DNA from: Marsupella aquatica
Taxonomy: Eukaryota; Plantae; Marchantiophyta
Direction of reading: 5' to 3'
Assembly: GCA_973895155.1 (NCBI GenBank)
Contig: OZ316896.1
Location: 4,115,495-4,179,494, forward strand
DNA: 64,000 nt
This document shows positions 1 through 11,990 of this stretch, one piece after another (positions within the stretch are counted from its first letter, which is position 1; each line of letters starts with the position of its first letter). Position numbers and translations under genes: made by a program. The notes below the pieces were generated by a model, which was not told the DNA's origin, did not search any database, and saw only the letters and a list, made by a program, of their open reading frames with translations.

Positions 1-399
1 CATGGACTCTCTCGTCCTTCTGTCACCCTAGAGACGGAGAGGGGTGCTCCAGTCATTTTATTTCTGACTATATTTTGTTCAATATTAACCTCAAATGAGA
101 GCTCGCACGAAGCACAAGAAAATAATGAGTGTTCTTTCAATTCACCAATTATTATCTGGCTGCTAGTCACCAAAGACGTGCTCCTTAAAGCTAGGGAAAT
201 CTGATGATTACGATACATGTGTGAGAAATTTAAGGGTCTGAACTACCTCCAAAGGGAACGGGAGGAGTGTGGGCGTGTGGCATTACCTCCTTCTAGGATT
301 ATTAAATGGGTTAGTTTCCAACTGTACCTTGTGTGTAAACAAGCGATTGTCTGAAGACAATCGCTTCTAATAAGGCTTTGTAGCATCCCCTACTGGGGA

Positions 400-1490
400 G
401 GCTATCTACTGTAGTCAAATGGATTGAGTAAATATAACTCACCCAAACTGAAGGCAATGGTTCCATTGGGGTGAAACGTATCTGCGCATGAATGCAAACG
501 CAACAACAAAAACTTTACATTAGGCTTTCTAGACTGATGATCACACTATATTCATTTCTCAGAGCATGGGCGTTTGCGCTTGTAGTTTCTCCTTGCAAAT
601 AAATGGCCATCCATATAAAAATATTTTCAGCCCTATGCACAAGACAAGAAATTACCTGTGACGAGAGTTGCAGTTTCTCATTTGAGAGGAAAACCATAGT
701 TTTCATCAGATTTGTAATCAATGGCCCATATATAGCTTGATTGATGGCAACTACATTTTTCGCTGTATGTAAAATCTATTGAAATGGAAACAAATTTAGC
801 CAGCTAGTGGGAGTGCTGGTCATGCACCAAAGGCTGACTACAGGGAGTATTACACTTGAATATGGATCAGGCAAATCACTAGCTGGGCAAGCTTTTGCTG
901 AAGTGCACTACTGCTAGACAACCTTGGGCCCGCTGTAATGTCATCTAGAGCAAGTGATGGAAGTAGATCATCAATCTCGTGCATAGTGGTTCTTGTGCTC
1001 AACCAGGCCATGAATGAGTGCTGATCTGGCTCAGTACTCAACATGAAAGACAAGTGGGTTGTCCTGTAACAGGAGTTACAACTTTGACAAGCTAGGGATC
1101 AGAGTTGGCTTATGTATAAACTACCCCAAACATATGTGCATATGCAGAGGAAGGATCCTGTATCAAGATTCTCATGCCTGTTGCCATCTTCCAATTTGAG
1201 ACTGTTCATGTTATTCTGGGTGCATCACTTCCACTTAATTGTGGTATTCCTCTTAAGAGCTGGAACATTGTGCAAGGGATTACTATCTGGCAGATATGGA
1301 AAGCTCGCTGTACCTTGGAGAAGGAAGCACTTATACTCTCTGTCTTGTGTATCCAAAGCAACATCTGGTCAGAGATCCGTTTATGTTTACGGATTATTTG
1401 GCAAAACAGATGGAATAACCATAAAGAGAACTCATTGGAGATTGTTGGCAGGAGTTGGTTGGAAAGTTGAAAAGAGACTTGGGTATTGAT
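400..1490 (+). mobile_element. Degenerate LINE-like (non-LTR retrotransposon) ORF2 C-terminal remnant
   Basis: ORF 1174..1470 contains 'ITIWQIWKARC', resembling the WxIWKxRN/C motif near the end of plant L1 ORF2. Surrounding frames are broken by stops. Boundaries are approximate. Confidence 0.4.
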
Positions 1491-1838
1491 GGAGGCCTTT
1501 ATAAGTTGATAGATGAATACTTCATTGATGATTGTTGGTTACTGTCCGCTATGGGCCTTTGATCCTCCTTGAAATCTTTTTTGTACCATTCTCTTGGATT
1601 CACTTGTCATTTTGCTGTGATCCAGGGCTGAATAGTTTAGATTCTTTTGGTTTTTCTGTGGCAATTAGTTCATCCCTGAGTTGGATTTCCCTGGTTTAAA
1701 GATGCTCAGATCCTTGTTATTGGCTGGATCTCTTCTTGCTCTCCAGTCTGAGTTGGCCCTCATGTTTGCTTTAGCTGCTTAGCTGGTTCCTCTGATTGAG
1801 TCACTCAGGCTCCTTCCCTGTTAGTTTAATCTTGTTCC

Positions 1839-2182
1839 TGTTAGGTATTTACTCAAGGTCTAGGGTTACGACATGTAACCATAGCTAGGCTAACCATAGT
1901 CGGAGACGTGGTTAGGTTAACTAGGATGCACACTATATGCCAAACGGTGTTTGTTTGGATAAGTGGAACTTAGGCACATTGTTATGGAGCCACTTTGAGA
2001 GATGAGGAGAGCTTACACTGTGGAGACTTGGTATGGCCGACGGGCTTAGAGTTCAGTAAAGCTCTCTTGTGTGTTCCCGTGGACGTAGCCTCGAGGAGGT
2101 GAACCACGTATCTCTTGTGTCGACTACATGTGCGTTGGATGTGTCATGTGCTTACCGTTACGAGTGTCGTCTATGCTCAACA
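1839..2182 (+). mobile_element. Solo LTR (TGTT...AACA) with 5-bp TSD GTTCC
   Basis: Starts TGTTAGG at 1839 and ends CTCAACA at 2182. GTTCC lies at both 1834-1838 and 2183-2187. A closely similar inverted copy is at 62564-62905. Transcriptional orientation is not determined. Confidence 0.9.
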
Positions 2183-4177
2183 GTTCCCTCTTGGCCAAAT
2201 GTGTTTGGCCTTGGTGTAGATTTTGACCTTTGTTCCCCTTTTGGTTGCGGCCTGTGACTCCCTGATTTTATTGGGTTTTACTTTTTGTACAAGTAAACTG
2301 CTACTTTCAAGAATAAAATAAAATAAAAGTTCTCATGCCATCCCTTATTCACAAACATATTCTAAATATCAATTGTTTCTGTTATCATACAAATTATGAC
2401 TTATGGGTGTTTCTCTGGTTTGAGCAGGTCTTTTTCCTTTGTCCTTCGGTTGCTACTTGTTTGTGGCTGATTGCTCTGTGCAATCTGTCTGAATTTTTTA
2501 TTTTTTTTAAACACCCTTCCATGTTATCATGTAGGTAAAAATGAATGTCCCTAATCACATGAGCAAACTAAGGACAGATAACTACATTGACCCAGCCTAC
2601 AGACGAGCCTGGACTTGTCCAAGGGTGATGGCCAGGCAAGTGAGTTGACCCATAATAAATTATAGTCCCTCCAGGCGAGTGCATGAGCTCGTTAGTGGAC
2701 CATCTTGACCAGACCTGACCCACGATAAACAGTCCTGCAAAGACCACATATCGTCCCGAAGTAAGTTATGTCGTGGACCACGTGATTCTGCCTGCAAAGT
2801 TAGAAGAGGCCGTCCCCTCAACACACTCCTCCCTCTCATCGCTCCTATTTAGCAGGACTACTACAGTAGCACACAACGGAATCTACTATGTCATTACCAG
2901 CTGATTTTTTAGTGGCCCAAATTTGCCAAACTCCGCCTCACTAAGATGTCTTCCCCACTTTTGTGGAAAATAGGCTAGATTATTGTCTTTGATTGCCACC
3001 TAGCAAACACCCCATGAGCCATAGAAGGTATCTTTAAATCTACTGTAGGTATAAGCTTAGAAACTAATCTAGTAAATTTAAAGAAACAACAGTACATATC
3101 TTCTTCCTGTGACGTTCGCCACCCTGGACGGGGAAAAAGAAACCTCAAAAGTAGGTCTGTTTTGGGTACCGCCGCGAATATCTCTCAAAATTTGGAATTG
3201 GTCCCATGGAGCTGACCTGTTCCAAGACTAATTTAGATTTAAGTTAGTGGCACCGCCATAGAAGCGGCGACTACCCCGTAGATACAGTGGAGTTAGTTTG
3301 GGGCTGCGCATCCCCCATTCCCGGTAAGCCCCTTCCCGTATGCTTATCATTCGATAATTTGCACAGGAATACAGGAAGGACAGTACCAAAAGTACGGCCA
3401 AGTACCCAATAAAATCTAAAGTACAAGAGAATCTGGGCCCAGAAGAAATAAAGGACAAACCAGATCACCAGATGTCTACAGTACCACCGTAGTGCCATAC
3501 TTGTTCGCACAACGCAAGCGCGAATAGTTTTTAGAACAACGCAAATCTCAAATTTTATACTTTTGATATACATGCTTTTTAATTTTAAAAACAATGCAGA
3601 ACGGTGCTTTAAAATATCAGTCTCCTAAATTATTTTTCTCATTTTAGAAAAAATTCATACATTGAAAACAAGTCAATGTTTACATCAAGATACTTAGAGT
3701 ATTTTGAAATTTACATTGTAGAGTTTTTTAGATTTCCCAATGCTCTAAAATACTTTGTCACTTAGATAAAAAGTTTCATAAGTATTTGCTTATTGAGTTA
3801 ACCAAGATACCACTACAACACTTGCGAGAGTTTTTGAGTGCTGACACCTCTTATGGATGTAGAGTCTTTTCATTCTAAATGCAAAATCAGTAAGTTCAAA
3901 CCCAAAGCCTGGCAAAGGGTCCTGTTCTTCCCTTTGTTTCCAGCCATTTTGCCCTTTTTTTCATTTTTGCTTAGTGAAAGGGGCTTTCACTACACAAGAA
4001 GAATAAATGTGCAAGCAGTCCATATTAAGGGTTTATGCACACAGTTTATGCGTAACCTTGCAATTCCTTTGACTAAATTACTGATAAATGATGTCAATTT
4101 TATTCAGAGTAAACTTTGCACTGTTGGGTAGGGGCATTATGTTTTGAGCTATTTCACAAGAATGTCTAGTGACATAG

Positions 4178-4334
4178 ACCGCGTGTTAAATCTACGTCAA
4201 GTTAATGCGATCCGTACACCAAAACATAAACAAATACTGACACTATATGTATGATCTACAAATCAAGTGATTTCAACTACATGTGTCTTGGTTTATGTTC
4301 TGGATGTACATTTGACGTAGATTTAATGTGCGGT
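4178..4334. mobile_element. MITE with 9-bp TSD (Mutator-like)
   Basis: TIRs ACCGCGTGTTAAATCTACGTCAA ... TTGACGTAGATTTAATGTGCGGT, flanked by GTGACATAG at 4169-4177 and 4335-4343. Confidence 0.8.
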
Positions 4335-4549
4335 GTGACATAGGGCCCATTGCACGTGAGGCAGTGTGGCTCTTATTGATAATCATGTACAAACTCCAAT
4401 TTATTGATGTAACTCTTACAAACTCTGTGGTAAATTTTGGGCAACTGTGGCAAAATGTATTTCCTTACCTATGGTAAATCATTCAACTGTGGTTTTCACC
4501 TTGTGGATGTCCTGTTTTCAGGATAGAATCTGAAGAGCGACAAGCTGAA

Positions 4550-4650
4550 TGGCTTTTCCCCTCTTTCCCTCCCCTTAGTTGGGTTGCTTTGCCTTTGGGA
4601 TCATGTCTCCTGGTTAGGCATTTTTGACCCTTGGGCACTGTGATATATAC
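4550..4650 (+). repeat. Dispersed repeat family with core GGGTTGCTTTGCCTTTGGGATCATGTCTCCTGGTTAGGC
   Basis: The same core occurs at about 11555-11645 (+) and several times inverted at 59560-60110. Confidence 0.75.
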
Positions 4651-4944
4651 TTTTGTCAGACCTACTGGTTTCTATGGCAGGAAGTCTAATTTCTATCTTC
4701 CATTTTTTAATAAGAGTGCTTGTTTTCAGCTTTTCTCCACAATTAAAAACGTTTGAGGCTGTTGTCTAGTTTGGATTTGTTGTCCTTGCCGATTTCCATC
4801 GTTTCTCAAAATTTCAAAGATGACATGAATTGGGACGTTTAGGGAGAACAGTTAGTTTGGGTAAAACCCTAAACAAACTCCTAGATCGAAGACAATTTTG
4901 GACACCACACATGGAACAGAAATAAGCTACAGTCTGTCATATTG

Positions 4945-5650
4945 CTAAAAGTGGCCAAGTGAGGTGGGTAGTGAGGTGGGAAGTGAGGTGGAACCTAACG
5001 AATATTTACCACTGAAAAGAAGATGCCCACAATCCAACATCAACAGGGATGCAATTATTGCTGTCAATAATAATTGGGAGACCAACCTTTGGTACGGGTC
5101 GCCAATGCCCCTATTTGTAGGACAATGTTTTCCCCACGCATTAATGAAAAAGTCAGAGCCCACAATGTTGGACTTTGGTGTTCACTAGTCTTTTTAAACA
5201 TTTCTTCATTCTTTGCAGAGGGGGATGGGGGAGCCTATTTTTTAAGGATTTCACTTTTTAGCCAGAGTGACGAATGTAAAGTATGTGAAGGAGAAGATGC
5301 TTAAAAGATTCTTTATTCATTTATTTTACTGACCATCAGATCTCCCTAGATTTAAGGCTGACCGTTAGATTATGACTATTGGGGCCTGAGAATAGATGGA
5401 ACACTAGCTAAAGAGACAACAAAATAGTAGCTAATTTTAGCCAAAAGTGGCCAAATGTTTTTGGGGAGGTGGAATCTAGCAAATTTTCGCCACTACAAAA
5501 AACACTGGGATGGGACCATCTCTAGGTGAAGTGTTTTCCCCATGTATTGATATAAAAGTCAGAGCCCACAGTGTACAGTAGGACTATTGGGGGCTAAATA
5601 ATGTTTTTTTTCTCTTTCTTTCGTTTTTGGCACGGCTTGGGGGTTGAGGA
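4945..5650. repeat. Two degenerate copies of a repeat (about 4945-5230 and 5440-5650)
   Basis: Shared blocks AAAAGTGGCCAA, GAGGTGGAA, TTTTCCCCA and AAAAGTCAGAGCCCACA appear in the same order in both copies. Confidence 0.55.
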
Positions 5651-7137
5651 TGGGGGAAACAATGCCTGGCAACCAGACTTGTCTTTAGGGCGAGGGAAAA
5701 AACCCATCTTTATAACTAAACAAGGAAAAACTAAGAAACCAAGTACTGGAAAGGGTGCATGTGATCACTAAAAACCAGGGCGGGAAAGGAAAGGAGCTTC
5801 GGTTTAGTACCTAAATTTAGGTGAGTTTTTTTTTTAAATAAAAATAAAAATTGGTGAGCTTTGACAAGTCATATGTGAGGAATTGGGTCTGTGCAACCAC
5901 AGAGTTTAGGGCAAGGCAAATCCGGAGGAAAGTGGGAAGTAACTGCAGCCATCAGGGAATACACTGGCTTGCGAGAATGGGGTCCCAACAAGTCCCTCTC
6001 GTCACTTTTTTTCCTGCTGAGGCCCATCAAATCTTTCATTCCATGATCCTTGCATTGGAAATTGATTCCTTGGAGTGTGAAAGTTCAGGCAATGATAATA
6101 ATATCATTGATTTGCAACTCAAATTTGATCCCAAAGTGCTTACTTAGTATTAGATGCCTGTCCGTTTGGGACCCTTTAAAGTCTTTGCAAGTACTAAAAC
6201 AAATCAAGCTTATAAAGTCAAATTAGACAACAGAATAGTTTTGTCCATCTTATCAACTTTACTGTGAAAATTTCCTTCAGTGTGATCAAACTCATGGTCA
6301 GGGAATCCTCCTAACCCTAAACCCTCAACCATGCTTTTCAGTTTGCCACTTCGTAAGGTTGTTGGCTTTTTCTTTTTTGTTTGTTGTTGTGGTGGACTTT
6401 CATTGGGACTCTGGAGAATTTTGGCTCATTGGTCTTACTGGGGTTTTTCTTCATTTCCTCCCCCTTTACGTACTGGGTCTTCTGCTGTGCAGTTAAGTGT
6501 CGCCCAGTTAAGGGCCCTACTTTTTTTTTGCAGTTTCTCTGACCTTCCTTTCTAACAATACAAACTGATGGTCAAAATCTCCAACATTTTATATTCCTAA
6601 GTGTACCTCACACCACTACAATGTCATCCAGGCAGATTGCATGCAAACTCTAACAAAAAGATAATGAGCCTCCCACTAGTCTCCAACTATGATAGATTCC
6701 CCCAAACCTCATCACCAACATAAGTCGTTGTGACAGAATGTGAAACAATGAACATTTGGACCAATTCTATGAGGACAATTCAATAAAGAACATCTGAACT
6801 CAGAAGACATTACACATATTGTCTTCATATCATTTTTTGTAGGGACCGGCCCTAAACCATGGTTTGGTCTAGTTGCTTGCACTCACAAACAGGTTCAAGT
6901 AGACTACAATTGCAATACATGGCTATATATGACATGAACTGGGCTCATGTTCTCATATGCCATATTACACAATATAATGCCCTATACAAGAACATTTCAC
7001 AAGAAACTATCAAAGGGGGTCGATTGGGGCATATCTGAACATAGGAGGTCAATTAAGTAGGAAACACTCCAGAGGAGGTTGATTAAGCATATACTTCTTT
7101 CTTCACATGCAAAAAATTATACTTTGGTGGGACCCTA

Positions 7138-7218
7138 GAGTCAGAGTCTAGAGGCTTCACTCTATCAGCCTAGACCCTGAATCTAGCTTCCCCTTCGTGC
7201 TTTATAAATAAGATTGGA
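7138..7218 (+). repeat. Dispersed repeat GAGT..AGTCTAGAGGCTTCACTCTA..AGCCTAG (5 copies in the window)
   Basis: Related copies start at about 12227, 12632, 15866 and 48292. The copies at 7138 and 48292 also share TTTATAAATAAGAT downstream. Confidence 0.7.
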
Positions 7219-7417
7219 TTAAGATACTCACATATATCCAGATTCTTCCAACAGTTTAAAGCCATTGACTCACTAAGTACTACAACTTGACCATAACTAA
7301 TACGAATACTACAACTTGACTAGTTACCAGCTGGGATGCATCTAGGCTAGATTGTGAACGGAGAAGATGAGACACGATTATATACAATTTTCAGGAGAGA
7401 TTTGCTTGGTGGGACCC

Positions 7418-7530
7418 CAAATGGAAATGTTTTACTTGATAGGATCCTTGAAAGTTTGGGTCCGTCTATTCAAGGTAAATAAACGGTGTGGATTACTCAG
7501 GGGTCCTATCAAGTAAAACATTTCCATTTG
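7418..7530. mobile_element. Small MITE-like foldback element with ~34-bp TIRs
   Basis: Left arm CAAATGGAAATGTTTTACTTGATAGGATCCTTGA. The right arm reverse-complements to CAAATGGAAATGTTTTACTTGATAGGACCCCTGA (2 mismatches). No TSD is visible. Confidence 0.7.
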
Positions 7531-8610
7531 AAGTGAATGATTGATGAGGTCCCCCCTTTGAATAGGTCTGCGCACTTCAATGGAGCCACACCAAAAGGAA
7601 ATCTTGAGCAGCCATGGATTTAGTCTAAATCAACTCTGCGTTTAGAAGTATCCACAATGCTAAAACTAGCTGAGTTGATTGGCCGCACTGCAGCTCGGGT
7701 TCTCCACCTAGCACAGGTCCGTGAAGGCTTGTATGGATGATTGGAATTTATGGCATCTAGGCTATATAGCACTGGACCTGACATTTTCTTACTGTACCAC
7801 TGGACCTGACAATTTCGTATCTTACTACTACTCAGATATATGGATATTTTTCAAGTCATTAGAACTTGGGCCTAAACATGTGTATGGAATATTGGATACT
7901 GACCCCGATGATTGGATCTGGTACAGAGTGCTGATGATACGTCGACTCAGATATATGGGTATTTTTTTCATGTCGTTAGAACTTGGGCCTAAACATGTGT
8001 ATGGAATATTAGGTACTGACCGTGATGATTGGCTCTGGTACAGAGTGCTGATGCTACGTCGGTTGTCTCTTCTGCCACTGACGAGACCTTTGGTTTTGGA
8101 AGGTTTTTAGTTCACCTCCAGTCCTCCATTAATAAGGAAACTTCTAGTGTACTGTCGCTAAAAAGTTGTAACATCCGGTAGATTCTAGAAGTGAATATCG
8201 TATGAATAAGTACCGTGAAACGGTAAGCTTACCTCCTTGTAGATAAGTCACACTGGAAGTTAGTGCTGAGGGAAGAGGCAAGGCAAACAACGTCACTCCA
8301 CTGTTGGTCAGTTGCAGAAAGGTAATGCCTGCGTTCTCTCAATCGATCAGTTCTGGTTACAGTATCACGTCATGTTGAGCCCTCTTTCCGCCCCTATTGT
8401 TTGTTGCTCTTAATACTTGCTCCCTGCTCTGTCACTGCAGGATCTCATCTGTCATAATTGGATGTATTCAGGTCATAACGTCACAAACTTGTCTAGGAAA
8501 TCTCCACCAGAAGGGTCCACAGGAACCTTTCGCTCCTGAATGGTTTCGCTTCTGAAGTTTTCTGTGCTTGTCTTCCTCAATCAATACGCAATCTGAGTTT
8601 GGGATGGGCT
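7531..8610 (+). pseudogene. CDC20: Inverted partial copy of CDC20 (last two exons, intron and 3' flank)
   Basis: Reverse complement of about 24612-25589. The exon from 7566 reads [39 protein letters not shown] with frameshifts and a TGG>TAG change. The last exon still ends AACATCCGGTAG (IR*). There is an internal ~116-bp tandem duplication at about 7830-8060. Confidence 0.88.
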
Positions 8611-10505
8611 GTTTCGACCTGGTCCAATGTAAAGGAATCCACGACGTTGATTTTACTGGAGAGCCTTCAAGATCCAGGAAGATTGCTTCATACATAAAGG
8701 GAATGATGAATGACGAGAAGTTTTTGGAATATACCCAAAAACATCACATACTGAGAAATGAGAAGTGCCCCTTGTGCAGGTTTGTGGACTGAGAAATGTG
8801 TTTTGATGGAAATGAATTCAGTCATGGAGAAATATTTTTCAGTGGCTCAGTTACTGTCTATGAGTTTATTTGCTTGGTCCTTGAGCCTAGGGGAAAACAT
8901 CCCTGGTGTCAGTTTCTAAGATTTGCAGCAAGAGAGCTTACTGGCTGACCTGGTTGTCAAAGCTCTCTTCAAGACTGTTCGTTCCCAGACGAAAAGCCAA
9001 TACTCCATGGCGGCGGTTTTTTCTAAAGGAATCAGGGAGGACTGGCGACTGGAGGGAACATCATGGAATGACTGGCAACCCCTCGCCGGTTAGGAACAGA
9101 TGGCAATTCAGAAATGAGACATGGAAGAAGATTTGGCCAGTTTGAAAGAGCCAGTGAAAAGGGACAGGTGAGTTGAGGCGTGACAATCAGATTATGGAGT
9201 TGATAAGGAAACATGCAGAAAGAAGCAAAGTGAGTTCTCTGGAGCGGAATTGAACCCTTCAATGAGTCCAACAGACACATGCTGAGGAATTCAATTACAG
9301 AAGGGGGCACAGAGGCCTTTGATTAGCCATTTCCCCAAGTTGCTGGTGAGAAATTGCATGCAACATGCATGAGGAGGAGGTGGCGAGATAGGAAAATGTT
9401 AAAGGTGAGGAGAGTGGCGAATTTCCTGCAGGGGCCGGTGGAAAGACTTTTCGGACCTCAGGAGTGGTGTAGAGTTGCCACCAGATTGATGTCCAATTTT
9501 GCTAATTTTTTTGCAAAATTTCCATTTTTGCCTTTGTTAAAGGAGCCAGCAATATTTTGAGGGTAGAATTTTGGCGAAAATTACCCATTTATGTAAGAAA
9601 AAACTGCTCAACGGACAGTACTGGATCACAAGTCTCTTTTCTATTTTTAGTGGGTCACAGCTATTGATCTTGACCTTGGAACATCTCAGTTACTGTTAGT
9701 TTAATTTGTTTAGCACTAGGCAAGTCCACCAAGAACAGTTTATGGCCGTATCGTATCTCACTCTTGTCTTCTTTCCTAACACAAATATTCTTATCTTGGG
9801 ATCTTACAAGATCTTTTCTTATCTCTGCTTATTAAGGAAGTCAGCTTAATAAAGAGGTATTTCGTCTCACTTGATATATGAGTAGAATAAAAGAGAGGTG
9901 ATTTCTTACTAATTGTCACACTGACCTCCGATTTACCTATAATTCGAGTCTAATTCTAGTTTACTAGTTTACCTATAATTCGAGGCTAATTCTAGTTTAT
10001 AATCAGCTCCTCTTATTTGTTTGTCTTTCTCTGATTCAAGTCCCAATCCTAGTCAATCCTTTCTTTGGAATACGAAAAAACCTCGAAGCTACAAACTGAA
10101 AGGATATTTCACGAGATCCCCCTTTACCGTTAATGAGTACTATATGACCACAAACTAAAAGTGATGTCCAGCTCAATTTTAAAGTAGAAAAATTGGCCAC
10201 AAATTTGACACAAACTTTGCTTTGAAAATTAATAATATTTTCAATTTCATTTTCCTGGAAGCCCGACTGGAAGTTGATAAGTGACACACGACAACTAACT
10301 TTATAAATTAAATAGTTTAAAATGAACAAACAAACTCTTTCAAACATGGTCCACTGATCGAAAAAACAAACATAAGTTAAAACGCAAGTTACTTGATTCC
10401 TTATGAGTCTAGTTCGTTAGTATTTTTTACCGTTAACAAAAATGTTTTGAGATTTGGAATGCTGCTCAAAGCTGAAAATTGGAGGGATTTGCTTGGTGGG
10501 ACCCC

Positions 10506-10669
10506 AGCTCATGTTGGTCATAAGAAGAATTTCAGGCCGCCCACCAGACAATTCTAGGTCATGCTAGCAATCTAATGCACTGATCATACGTGAATACGAT
10601 TCTTGCATTTTCTATTCGGTTGTAGAAATTTGGGGTTTGCATCAGGGTAGCTCCGCAAAGTCTAAGCAC
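10506..10669 (-). pseudogene. Displaced copy of CDC20 intron sequence
   Basis: AGCTCATGTTGGTCATAAGAA...CAGGCCGCCCACCAGACAATTC...TCTAAGCAC matches 25593-~25763 in the same orientation. Confidence 0.8.
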
Positions 10670-11679
10670 ATTGCAGATCCAGCTTTGGCTGCTAAAACCT
10701 AGGAATCTGGATCAAAGAGAAATTTTGAGGATTTTATGCTTAGGTGAGGAGCTTTTGACTACTTCTTTCTCCAGAGTCAATTCCGAAAAATGGCAGGTAA
10801 AATTTCTTTTTTCTCGTAGATCTGTTTTTGAGGAAGTAGCTCGAACTGATAAAAGAATTCCAGTTGGCAATGCCGGAGTTGGTGCCAGCCCAGAACATGA
10901 ATGTTCAAGGCTACTAGTCCGCAAAGTTACTTCTTAGCAAAACCATGGCAGCCAAAAACACAGTCTGCCTTGGACCCGCTCTTGAAACCATCACCAGCTT
11001 GTCCACGTATGATATTTGTCAATTCAAAGCTTCAACAGCTTCAGGAAAGTTCTTATCAGTTCTTTTGGCGACACCACTAATTGACCGCCCGTCCAACAGG
11101 CTGAGTAGCAAATCAATGTGGTAGTGATTGCCGTCTTGGCCCACCCTACCATTTGTTTTCCAATTATTAGGACCTCAAGCTGTGTCCTAACGGCATACTC
11201 CATCCAGAAGCAGGTCAGAAACAAAGACTTTGGAATGAAGCTGGCTGTTTTTCTGCAAAAGCTGCAGTCTATGGGAAATCATAGCTGTTCTATTCGAACG
11301 ACCTTTGAAGTAGCATCTTCAAACGCACCAGACAAGTTAAAAAGTACTGTCTGAAGCACCGGTTGAAAAGTTGTGCAGGATTCCAAGTTCTGTTTTGATG
11401 TAGTACCCTAAACAACAACCCTAAACCTCCCTACAGGTTCTGCTTCGGGACCCTCTTTTGCAGTTTACTCGGAGCTCTACCAGGCTTGTCAGTTCTCCAT
11501 TCAGTAGGGTATTTTTTTGTCTTTGTTCCATAGTCTGTTTTTGGTTGGAGACCCTTTCCCCTCTTTTCCTCCCCTTCTTTGGGTTGTTTTGCCTTTGGAT
11601 CATGTCTCCTGGTTTGGCATTTTTTGCCCTTAGGCACTGTGATATTTGAATGACTTGAGAAGCATCCCACATTCCTAAT

Positions 11680-11990
11680 TCCCACTGGTGAAGGAGAGCA
11701 TGCTCTAGGTGCCCTGTTGCCCACTATTGGACAATGGTAAATAAGAAAGGAAGGTGGTCGATAAATTGGGTGATGCACAGAAGTAGTACTATGAAGTATG
11801 ACAGGATTGTGAAAAGCCTTAGGACAACCTTTCCGCCAGCCTCCCATCCAAACTTACAGTGAATGTCCATACTCAACAAAGTTCCATAGTCGGGTGTTGG
11901 GAGCAACTTTGAAACCCTTGACCTCCAGAACTCTTGCCAAGTCCTTTTCCAGTCAGCCAATGGGCAGTATGGTGTTATATGTAGTTACAC
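11680..11990 (-). mobile_element. Possible degenerate LINE remnant (zf-RVT-like region)
   Basis: Minus-strand 'ADWKRTWQEFWRSRV' followed by 'KGCPK' resembles the Trp-rich/zinc-binding region after RT in plant LINEs. It is frameshifted and the resemblance is weak. Confidence 0.3.

Noticed and set aside
7141-7190. Hairpin followed by CTAG, resembling a Helitron 3' end that could explain the CDC20 fragment capture
   Set aside because: Similarity between copies (7138 vs 48292) continues past CTAG, and the next base is C rather than T, so it is not a terminus.
7721-8110. 129-aa ORF with an internal repeat, and similar ORF 25062..25253
   Set aside because: These are out-of-frame readings of CDC20 intron/last-exon sequence plus a tandem duplication.
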